Below, in pieces: positions 46,590 to 54,926 of a DNA stretch of 64,000 bases. Position 1 is the stretch's first letter. Every line of letters begins with the position of its first letter. A program made the position numbers and the translations under genes. The notes below the pieces were generated by a model. That model made no database searches. It was given only the letters and a program-made list of their open reading frames with translations, and was not told the origin of the DNA. The stretch lies in the IMG/VR virus record IMGVR_UViG_3300025162_000024, positions 60,319-124,318 of that record; one strand, given 5' to 3'. The DNA is from a virus.

Positions 46590-46664
46590 ATAGGGAGTTT
46601 CCTTAGAAAAAGAGATAGTATGCCCAAATGACGCCACATTGGCTAAGTTGGGCAAATAAGACTA

Positions 46665-46673
46665 TACCACAAG
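46665..46673 (-). promoter_or_regulatory. extended -10-like promoter TGGTATAGT
   Basis: intergenic, upstream of the putative SSB. Confidence 0.35.
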
Positions 46674-46691
46674 TAGGCAGACATTGCCGCC

Positions 46692-49600
46692 CTACTTTTT
46701 GACCCCGACCAGATCTAAGCAGGCTGGGGTCAGCCCTGCATCCAACAGCTGAGCGCGATGCTCATGCTCGCCCCATCTAAGCTCAAGGTCAATATCACCA
46801 AGTGAATACTGTAACCCGAAGCCAGGGACTACCACATTCTCCACCATGCACCAGGGGAAGACCTTGGCGGCCACTTCCTCAGCCCGGTCTACCTTGACCT
46901 CGAGGGTCACTGCATCGTGGATCGACATGATGATCCGGTACTCTGGGGAGTCCGTAAACTTACGCCGATAGTCCGTGAAGTTACAGAGAGCCGCGGACAT
47001 CGAGTCGCCGACCGTCCCCTGAATCAGACAGTTACAGGCCTCCCGGTGGAAGCCCGCGATCGTATTGCGATCCTCTGCCCTCGGAAACCGGCGGCGGCGA
47101 CCATAGGGATTGACCAAGTACCCCGGGTTGGTCACCCTCCGTTTGCAATCCTCCAGGAACCGGTAGATAGGCTCGTACCGGCCGAAGAACGCATCAATCC
47201 ACCCTTGGGCCGTATCGCGTGACACGGTGATCCCATACCTACGCACTTTGCGGACGATGGCACCAGCCGAAATCTGATATGCCACGCCAAAGTTGAGCAC
47301 CTTTCCGACAGCCCCACGCAAATTATCCAACACTTTGTCAGACTTGCGGAGGGTGTTGAACTCCTGGACCGACATGTCCCCCAGCCGGCGGCCACCGTGC
47401 ATGTAGTCTTTCAACGCGGTGAGCGTCGTCTGTGTATGAACATCTGACGCTGCCAGATCGTGCAGGAACAGATCACACTTGGAGAGGGCCCCGATCGTCC
47501 AGAGCTCAGCCTGGTTCCAGTCCCCGGTCATCAGACAGTATCCGGGATCGGCCACCACACAGGAGCGTAGTGGGTAGTACCCTGGGTGTAGCATATGCCT
47601 CAGGACGGGGATGAACCCCTTTCCCTCAGCACGAGACACCCTAATGTGCAGCCCGCAGTCCGGAACGCTCAGGAAGGGAGCTGCCTGGGTCTCATCCGGA
47701 GTCTCATGCCCAGCTCCATCCAAGTACACCATATCCCCCTGGACCGTAGAGGTGGCCGCGACAAAGAACAGTCGGCTGAATGCCTTCTGGATGTCCGCCT
47801 CCTGCTTCTTGGGCCAGTTCTGGGTATTAGGGCTAGTCGCATATCTGCCAGTTTCAACAGTCTGCCGGAAGCTAGTGCGGAGCCGGCCATCGTCGTCAAT
47901 GGCCTGGCCAACCCCACCATCCCATACGAGGTTCCCGTTCTTGTCCTCCACCTCCTGGCGAAGGAAGCTCTTGGTGAGCTGCCCAAGTCGCTGATAGTGA
48001 AGGAGCAGTTCCAGGTCTGGACAGTTCTCAGACAGGATCGCGATGCTCTCCGAGTCACAGGAGGGTGCGTGCCTCCTCTGCTCGGCTTCCTCCAGCTCCA
48101 TAACCTGGGTCCAGGCCAAGGTCTGCTTCTTTTTGTCCCCAGTGGTCTTGATCGGGGTAAGCCCATAGATCCGGGCCCCTGGGGGGCTCACAACCTTGTC
48201 CTGCTCGTCCCAGGGCCTCCACCCATAGAGCAACTCTCGCATCTGGGGGGTAGAACCAGGGTTGAACGTGGGCCAGTGCACAGACTGCCTTAACCTGTCT
48301 AGGGATTCATCCTTGCACGTATGGGCCAGCCCCACTTCGTGGCGGAGCCTCGGGAGGTCCATGGGCATCCCGACCGTCTCCATCTCGTTCAGGGCCGAGT
48401 GCACCCGGTGGACAAGACGAGTGTAGAGCTCTGCAAGCCCCTGGGCCTCGATCTCCTTGCGGATCGGGCCTTCCAGGTTCAGACTGGCTATTGCGTCCAT
48501 ACCCGCATATGGATGGATGATCTCGTCGGGGATCATCCCATAGCCCATACGGTCCTTGTCCTCTTCACTCACCTTGTTCGCAACCAGCCAATCCCGCAAT
48601 GGCCGATCATACCGCTCCATGCCCAGCCAGGTCAGTGCCTGTAACTCCAGCTGCAGTGCAAAGTTCTCGTTAACCAGGTGAGCGGCGAGCATCGTATCGA
48701 ACCCGTTGGCGACGAACTCCTCGTGGAGGTCGACGCCCATCGAGGCAAGCCACTGCAGATCCTGGCGGGCACTGTGCCCTACCAAGTGGATCCCAGGCCG
48801 CTTCAGCAATCTTCGCAGCTGTTCTGCGACCTGCACGGACTGCGTGCAGAGCTCCGGCCGATTGTGCTGCCGACGCATGATGATGACCGCGGCCTGATCC
48901 CCAGGCCACGCCAGCTGTATAGTCCGAAGATTTCCCGTCCGGTAGGTTCCGTCAGCCCATTCACAGTCAAATCCGTATGAGAGATTCCCAGAAGCGATCT
49001 GGGAATCGACCATCTTGGTCAGGTCGGCGATCGTCGAGATCTCCGATATGGTGTACACGGGCTTCACCTCCGCGGCAGCCGGCGGATACAGCAGGTTACG
49101 GACGATCTCCAGGTCCCGGGCCAGATCCTGGTCAGTGGCCCGCCCGGCAATGATCTGCCTGGGGCTTAGTACGGCCACCATCTGGCAGTTCTCAGCCAGC
49201 TGCTGAGGGACCCCTCTCAGGTCGTCAAAGGCCCAGCTACCCTCTCCTGACTCCTTGAGGCTCATACAGCTTTTGGCCGCATCGGCCCCCACAGCCACGA
49301 CCAGCCTCGGGCGTACCAGGTTGATGGTCATGGCGGTCACCGGCCTAAAGTCTTTCCAGAACCCGGCCTTCCAGGGAAATGCCTTCTGGTCCATGGCCAG
49401 GGGGCAGCAACAGGTGAGCATCGCACTAGTCAGGTCGAGGCCCACCCCTTTAGCCGCCCGGAGGATGCCCTTGACCTCTTCGCTCTCCCCATAGCGGCCG
49501 AACTGATAGTCGATGACATCCGGGGTCTTGAACAGGAAGAGAACCTCCCGCTCTTTGATCCCGGAGATCCCGACGAATGTCGAGGGTGGAAGCGTCACAT

Positions 49601-49757
49601 TCGGATGTTCGGCCCCCGACTTGTCAGTCATCGGGATGACCACCGATTCGGTGCAGCACCTTCCGATCAGCTCGACGGGGTCCTGAGCATACCGCTCGGC
49701 GGCCACCGTCAGCAGGCTCTTCTTATCGATCTCTGGGATAGTCAGCAGTTCAGGCAA
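46692..49757 (-). CDS. polA: DNA polymerase family A with N-terminal UDG-like domain and 3'-5' exonuclease
   Basis: GFDCEW, GHSARQD, DTMLAAHL, YAGMDA; TGR, PNTQN, motif A DWNQAEL, motif B GKVLNFGVAY, N..IQG, motif C IHDAV. Confidence 0.93.
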   Translation of the reverse strand: MPELLTIPEIDKKSLLTVAAERYAQDPVELIGRCCTESVVIPMTDKSGAEHPNVTLPPSTFVGISGIKEREVLFLFKTPDVIDYQFGRYGESEEVKGILRAAKGVGLDLTSAMLTCCCPLAMDQKAFPWKAGFWKDFRPVTAMTINLVRPRLVVAVGADAAKSCMSLKESGEGSWAFDDLRGVPQQLAENCQMVAVLSPRQIIAGRATDQDLARDLEIVRNLLYPPAAAEVKPVYTISEISTIADLTKMVDSQIASGNLSYGFDCEWADGTYRTGNLRTIQLAWPGDQAAVIIMRRQHNRPELCTQSVQVAEQLRRLLKRPGIHLVGHSARQDLQWLASMGVDLHEEFVANGFDTMLAAHLVNENFALQLELQALTWLGMERYDRPLRDWLVANKVSEEDKDRMGYGMIPDEIIHPYAGMDAIASLNLEGPIRKEIEAQGLAELYTRLVHRVHSALNEMETVGMPMDLPRLRHEVGLAHTCKDESLDRLRQSVHWPTFNPGSTPQMRELLYGWRPWDEQDKVVSPPGARIYGLTPIKTTGDKKKQTLAWTQVMELEEAEQRRHAPSCDSESIAILSENCPDLELLLHYQRLGQLTKSFLRQEVEDKNGNLVWDGGVGQAIDDDGRLRTSFRQTVETGRYATSPNTQNWPKKQEADIQKAFSRLFFVAATSTVQGDMVYLDGAGHETPDETQAAPFLSVPDCGLHIRVSRAEGKGFIPVLRHMLHPGYYPLRSCVVADPGYCLMTGDWNQAELWTIGALSKCDLFLHDLAASDVHTQTTLTALKDYMHGGRRLGDMSVQEFNTLRKSDKVLDNLRGAVGKVLNFGVAYQISAGAIVRKVRRYGITVSRDTAQGWIDAFFGRYEPIYRFLEDCKRRVTNPGYLVNPYGRRRRFPRAEDRNTIAGFHREACNCLIQGTVGDSMSAALCNFTDYRRKFTDSPEYRIIMSIHDAVTLEVKVDRAEEVAAKVFPWCMVENVVVPGFGLQYSLGDIDLELRWGEHEHRAQLLDAGLTPACLDLVGVKK

Positions 49758-50043
49758 TCTTAAACTCCCCTCTGGCCATTCGCCCCTGCCTCGGGCTGGT
49801 GTTCACCCCTACACCCAGGCCCAGTGCTTTGCTGAACCCTACCTCATGGGGCAACGCGTACTCTTCACGCATCCCCTTCAGCCGGTAGGTAATCACCGAC
49901 GGGGTCACACGGACGATCTCTATCTGACGGTCTTTACCCTTATCGAACGAGGTTTTGACCGTCTCGAACGGGCCAAGTTGGCCCTTGATCTGACGAGCCC
50001 TCTGCCGCTTCTCGGGCAGAGGGCTCTTGTCTACTTCAGCCAT
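49750..50043 (-). CDS. small basic hypothetical protein
   Basis: AAGGAG SD; ITYRLKGMREEY. Confidence 0.65.
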   Translation of the reverse strand: MAEVDKSPLPEKRQRARQIKGQLGPFETVKTSFDKGKDRQIEIVRVTPSVITYRLKGMREEYALPHEVGFSKALGLGVGVNTSPRQGRMARGEFKIA

Positions 50044-50056
50044 CGAACTCCTTGGG

Positions 50057-51355
50057 TTACACGGGTATCCGCGTGTACGGTACCCAGATCCGGCCGTCAG
50101 CCGAGAACTGAGCTGTCTTCGTATCTATCTGGACTGGTCGAGACCTGTCCACGGTCCGAGAAGGACTTTGCGGAGTCAGCCGGAACATCCAGCCTTCCGG
50201 AACATTGGGCAGCCCGTTCTCCGCCCGGAAATAAAACACGCGGTCAGAGCTGCTATACGTGTCGTACGGGTACCAGGGACCCATCAGGCTCTTGGAGATG
50301 TAAATCACGTTCCGGGGATCTCCGGGATTCGCCCTTTCCCAGAAGTGCGGATAGCAGTAGCTGCCCGCCGCGACAATCCCGATCAGTGATTTCCATGCGT
50401 GGCCGACAGACTTCCACTCGTAGACCTCCCCGTTCTGGCACAGGGCGTAGTTAACCTCATCGAGTACGGGGTATCCCGAAGCTCCTCTCTCGAAGCCACT
50501 GACAAGCGGCTTTGGGGCAGCCTTGAGGTTGCAGCCGTACCGGGCGTTGTACCAGCGGGCGACCACCTTCGTGGCCGCGTCGGCCGGAACCATGATATGG
50601 CCATAGGAATTGCACTGCAATTCCGCGATGGTCACAGAGAAGCCAGCGGGGTCCTCGCTGGTATATTCCAGGTCACAGAGGCCCACGCCATACCGACGGA
50701 GAGCACCGCTCTTGCGATCGAAGTACCAGCGGCCGGACAGTGTGGAGAACGTCCCGTACGAGCTCCGGATGAGCTCAAACTCATCTTGCGTGAGGCGGGT
50801 TTGACCGTCGTTCTCGGCCTGCTCTGCAGAGTAAAACACGCTCTGTACGGTCCTTCCGCTCTTCATATATCCGGTGCACGCCGGGAACTCCCAGATATAC
50901 CCGTCATCCTCATCCATATACCAGGAGGGCGCATCCGACTTCAGATTGTTATTGGCCGTAGTGACCAGAAACGGATTGGAGGCCACTGCCGATTGCTTCA
51001 GGCACCGCCATTCGGAGATAACCTTCTGGGCCTCCTCGTAAGTCAGCCGTCGGTCCTCCCTCTTGCACATGGCCTCATCAACGTACGTCTTGATCCCATC
51101 CGGATCTTCTCGGGTGAACACCAGGGGCGTGTTCTCCCCGTCGTATCGCCGGATAGTCCCGTACTCGGGGTCCTGGTACCAGCGGACCTCTGCAGGTGCC
51201 ATGACCTGCAATACTGTGCCGGCACCTGAGTACGCACTTTCGTAGTAGGCCTCTTTGACCGCTTTCTTCAGCTGTTTACGGCCATCAGCGGAATCCAGGT
51301 ACTCGGCGATCTTCACCTTAAACTGCTTGTCATCGATCTTTACCGTTGCGTCCAT
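50057..51355 (-). CDS. RWY-repeat family protein (3 divergent repeats)
   Basis: AAGGAG SD before MDATVK; VRWYQD...LTYEEAQKVISEW; SWYMD..IWEFPA; GRWYFD. Confidence 0.82.
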   Translation of the reverse strand: MDATVKIDDKQFKVKIAEYLDSADGRKQLKKAVKEAYYESAYSGAGTVLQVMAPAEVRWYQDPEYGTIRRYDGENTPLVFTREDPDGIKTYVDEAMCKREDRRLTYEEAQKVISEWRCLKQSAVASNPFLVTTANNNLKSDAPSWYMDEDDGYIWEFPACTGYMKSGRTVQSVFYSAEQAENDGQTRLTQDEFELIRSSYGTFSTLSGRWYFDRKSGALRRYGVGLCDLEYTSEDPAGFSVTIAELQCNSYGHIMVPADAATKVVARWYNARYGCNLKAAPKPLVSGFERGASGYPVLDEVNYALCQNGEVYEWKSVGHAWKSLIGIVAAGSYCYPHFWERANPGDPRNVIYISKSLMGPWYPYDTYSSSDRVFYFRAENGLPNVPEGWMFRLTPQSPSRTVDRSRPVQIDTKTAQFSADGRIWVPYTRIPV

Positions 51356-51365
51356 CTTCTTCTCC

Positions 51366-52583
51366 TTATCGTTTTTCATCGATCAAACTTCCTAACACGG
51401 GGGTCAACGCCGACCAGATCTGCCCGTGGGTCGCTTCTCCCGGATCCTTCGTCGGGAGCTTCACGCGGGTCACACCCCGCTCGAAGATCCCCCCGAACTG
51501 GGTCATTACCCCGGCGATCTCCGCGTCGGGCACGTCACTATCCAGTAGGACTACGGCCATCCCGGTACCCCACTCTCTCTTGAGCAGGGCTATCTGGTCC
51601 AGACTGGGTGTCTTTCCGAACAGGCATATGGCGGGCCCTGGTTTCTCCGGATCGGTCGGGGTCCCTACCCGGAGCACGTCAAACACCCCTTCGCAGATCA
51701 CCACATAGGGGTAGGTCCGGGCACTGCTCAGGTTGTACACATGCTGGCTCTTCTGGAACCCGGGGCATGTAAAGTACTTGGGGACCGGCGTAAGATGCCG
51801 ACCGCATGTGCAGGTATGGTTGGCCTCGGCCAGCTTGGCCAGGAACTTGTCCATCCCCGAGAGGTCCACAGAGATCAGCCCGCACTCAGAACAGAACTTG
51901 AGGTTCTTGGTATTGCCATCCCCCTTGGGCCCCAGGTACCTAGCCTGCCACCCGAGGAGCTTCCGGTTATCGGTCACAGGGAAGATCAGGCGGTGGCGAG
52001 CATGGGCCATGCTGCTGGCCGTGCAATAGCTCAGACTGTAGTTATCACCGACCACCCTAGGATCGTACCCGCGGGACCTGAGGTAGACAGACGCTGGATG
52101 CTCCGGCCGCAGCTGCGAGACGGGCACGGTCGGTCCGGGCATCGTAATCCGGTGGACAGGACGGGTCCCGTGTGCCTGCTGGGCCAGGGCCATATCTGGC
52201 ATCGTACTTAGAGTGAATACGTCGAGCATCTCTTCGAGCTTCGCTACGTTGCCCGGCGTCCTGGTGCATTCCTCATTGAAACACTTGATCAGATAGTGGA
52301 GCTTCCCGGCCCTAGGGTCCTCTGTCAACCATAGGTGGTTTATTGACAGGCGGCCTCGGGTATCCCGGCACAGTGGACAGTTAATGGCATAGGCCTCGCC
52401 CTGCACCTGGATCTTGGCCAAGATCTTCTTTCCATCCTTGACCCGCTCATACCTGAGGATAGTCTGCTGGCCGGGGCGGACCGTCTCTATCCGGTTGCCG
52501 GGGGCAGAGACGATCCCCTTGGCCATCGCCATCCACAGTGAGTGGTATAGCCCTGGATTCAGCGGATTAGTTGATGGAGGCAT
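51366..52583 (-). CDS. dnaG: DNA primase (DnaG-type, zinc finger + TOPRIM)
   Basis: CPLC...KCFNEEC, YLRSRG, RLIFPV...GWQAR, PKY, VICEGVFD, LLDSD, KDPG. Confidence 0.88.
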   Translation of the reverse strand: MPPSTNPLNPGLYHSLWMAMAKGIVSAPGNRIETVRPGQQTILRYERVKDGKKILAKIQVQGEAYAINCPLCRDTRGRLSINHLWLTEDPRAGKLHYLIKCFNEECTRTPGNVAKLEEMLDVFTLSTMPDMALAQQAHGTRPVHRITMPGPTVPVSQLRPEHPASVYLRSRGYDPRVVGDNYSLSYCTASSMAHARHRLIFPVTDNRKLLGWQARYLGPKGDGNTKNLKFCSECGLISVDLSGMDKFLAKLAEANHTCTCGRHLTPVPKYFTCPGFQKSQHVYNLSSARTYPYVVICEGVFDVLRVGTPTDPEKPGPAICLFGKTPSLDQIALLKREWGTGMAVVLLDSDVPDAEIAGVMTQFGGIFERGVTRVKLPTKDPGEATHGQIWSALTPVLGSLIDEKR

Positions 52584-52968
52584 CAGTCTCCTCGAAATCG
52601 ATCACCTCACACAGAGCGATGCCCAAGGCGTTGGATACCTCTTGGACAATTCGCTCGATCTCCGCATCGGGCGGGCACTGACCACAGTACTTGAATGCAC
52701 GGTGAACCCCGTATTTCACGGCATCCTCGTACGTCCCGGTGATCAGCTGGTACAGATTCACCTTAATGGAGCTGGCCGGGACCTTCTGCTCTTTCAAGAT
52801 TTGCTCCCACATGCAGGAGTTTTTGGAGCAGAATCCTTCTCCAATCCCGTCAGCTTGGTGGATGTCCAAGCAGAGACTTGTACCGTACTCTCCTGCAGCG
52901 CACCCCGAGCAGCTCCAGGAAGCTCCCGGTACTTTTCTGTATCGTTCTCCGTCTACTTCGATCTCCAT
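52567..52968 (-). CDS. hypothetical protein with Cys-rich VDG.RY...CSGC domain
   Basis: AAGGAG SD; N-terminus resembles the Cys domain of the 232 and 30107 proteins. Confidence 0.7.
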   Translation of the reverse strand: MEIEVDGERYRKVPGASWSCSGCAAGEYGTSLCLDIHQADGIGEGFCSKNSCMWEQILKEQKVPASSIKVNLYQLITGTYEDAVKYGVHRAFKYCGQCPPDAEIERIVQEVSNALGIALCEVIDFEETDASIN

Positions 52969-52977
52969 GAATTCTCC

Positions 52978-54411
52978 TTAGCTCAACTTTCCACTCTTTG
53001 GGGTGACCGGGGGACCGACGGGTAACGAGGCCACAACGCTATCGTTTGCCTCCAGCCTTTGTCCGCCTCCGGCATACACGTACGAGTACTCCTTGTCCTC
53101 GACATGCACCTGATGATAATCCGGGTCGATCCGGCACCAGATGCTCTGCTCGAACGACTTGCCACGGCACTTTGGCGATCCGATCTTGGTCAGATTAGTA
53201 GCCGGATCCTTAGCGTTGACAGTGATCAACGTATCCATCAGCACCGGGAACATCGAAAACTCGGCAGCCGCATACTGGCTGGATTGGCTATCCGCTTTCT
53301 TCTGGCCGGCTGCCGCATTCAACTGGTGCAGTAGGAGTACGGCACACTTGTATTTATCGCTGATCGAGTTCAACTCAGACACGATCTGCTGGTACACGTG
53401 CCGGGTATCTCCAAAGTCGGTCTTATGACTACGCATGTACCTGGTGACCATCTCACCCAGGAAATCAACTACGATCATGGCCGGATGCCGTCCGAGTGCT
53501 TTTGCCCGATAGAGGACCGCGTCGATATCGGCCACGCCATTCATACCAGCGGCACCCGCCTGCATATCGCTGATACTGATCAGGTCGCCGATCTCCTTGC
53601 TTACGCTGGTAACCCGTTTCCTGGTGTCTTCTGACCACTGGTCGTACTGTTTCTCCAGCTCTGACCGATGGATGTTCGCCAGGTGATTGATGAACCTGGG
53701 TTTTAGCTGGTCTTTCGACTGCTCGTACGTGAAGTAGATGACCCGTTCTTTCCAGGAAGAGGCCAGGGTACACGCCAGGTTAATGCCATTCAGTGACTTA
53801 CCGCCACCGATCGGACCGAGCAGCCCTATGAAATCAGTGGCCCGCATCCCCTGGGTCAGCCGATCGAACGGCAGGTAGTTAGTGAGCCTCAGGGGAAGCT
53901 CGTTCTTGTACCCCCGGGTCATGTCGAACGGATTGAACAGCTCGGGGAGCCCCAACTGGTACGTGGAACACAGCTGCCCCATATTCGAGATAAGCTTGGG
54001 CAGATCTGTGATATCCGAGTGGGATGCCGAGCGGATTGAGGGGAGGACCACCCGTTCCTGGAAGAACGTCTGCAACAGATTTTGCCCGTAGTCCTCGGAG
54101 AACTCTTCGGCCGGAGTCTCGTAGACAACCGTAAGAAGATTGTCCACGGCCACCTCTAACTCTGCTTCGTCCAGGGTATCGAGGTTCATCCTGATGAGCA
54201 TCTCCAGAAGCTTCGGCCGCATCAGGAGTTTGGGGAGCAGCTCTTTGTACTCCCGGTAGTGATCCAGGGCCACCGACCAGAGGAAGCCAACGAGCTCCTC
54301 TCCCTTCTGGGTGAAATGAGCCGGCAGAAGCTTGTCTGCCGCCTGCATGAACAGCGTGGGGGTCCGCAGGGTGCAGGCAACCATATACGTAATGTACTCA
54401 GGCGCGATCAT
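52978..54411 (-). CDS. dnaB: DnaB-like replicative helicase
   Basis: LLGPIGGGKS, YFTYEQ, IVVDFL, LLHQLN. Confidence 0.85.
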   Translation of the reverse strand: MIAPEYITYMVACTLRTPTLFMQAADKLLPAHFTQKGEELVGFLWSVALDHYREYKELLPKLLMRPKLLEMLIRMNLDTLDEAELEVAVDNLLTVVYETPAEEFSEDYGQNLLQTFFQERVVLPSIRSASHSDITDLPKLISNMGQLCSTYQLGLPELFNPFDMTRGYKNELPLRLTNYLPFDRLTQGMRATDFIGLLGPIGGGKSLNGINLACTLASSWKERVIYFTYEQSKDQLKPRFINHLANIHRSELEKQYDQWSEDTRKRVTSVSKEIGDLISISDMQAGAAGMNGVADIDAVLYRAKALGRHPAMIVVDFLGEMVTRYMRSHKTDFGDTRHVYQQIVSELNSISDKYKCAVLLLHQLNAAAGQKKADSQSSQYAAAEFSMFPVLMDTLITVNAKDPATNLTKIGSPKCRGKSFEQSIWCRIDPDYHQVHVEDKEYSYVYAGGGQRLEANDSVVASLPVGPPVTPKSGKLS

Positions 54412-54926
54412 ATTTCCAAACCTTCTGTGTGCTTTCCGAGCAGCTTTTGATAGTGCGGGTACAGTCGTAAAAAGGCCGCTGCTGGTTCGGCCGTCTCCCG
54501 CTTAATGTCTTCTAGTTTCAATTCGTTGGCCAGGCACCAGACGAATGCCACATTCAACTTTAGCCCGGGGTCGGCCAGTATCTCCCTAAACTCCCGGCCC
54601 CGTCCCCGCTGGACGGCGACCGAACTGGACATGGCATTCAGGTATACCCGAGCCCGGCTCTCCGCGTCATCCCGGTTCTCTTGGCTCTGTACTTCGTCAG
54701 CATACCTTGGACTCTTCAGGGCCTCTGGTGGCGGGGCCTGGGGGTACCAGGCACGAAACACGTAATCCAGCCACAGATCAGGGTGAAGTCCACGGGTCTC
54801 CGCAAACTCGGCTGCCGACTCCCAGAATTTCTCTCCCCATCTCTTCTGATTAAGCTTAAAGTATCGGAACCGTTGACTACGTCGGCGGCAGTAACCCTCC
54901 ATCAACGCACTAGCCAAAGAGTTCAT
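54408..54926 (-). CDS. hypothetical protein
   Basis: 172-aa ORF between the helicases. Confidence 0.7.
   Translation of the reverse strand: MNSLASALMEGYCRRRSQRFRYFKLNQKRWGEKFWESAAEFAETRGLHPDLWLDYVFRAWYPQAPPPEALKSPRYADEVQSQENRDDAESRARVYLNAMSSSVAVQRGRGREFREILADPGLKLNVAFVWCLANELKLEDIKRETAEPAAAFLRLYPHYQKLLGKHTEGLEI

Noticed and set aside
47560-47810. Intein or intron in the polymerase insertion
   Set aside because: No C/S...HN-C/S/T splice motifs, too short for an intein, and the frame is uninterrupted.
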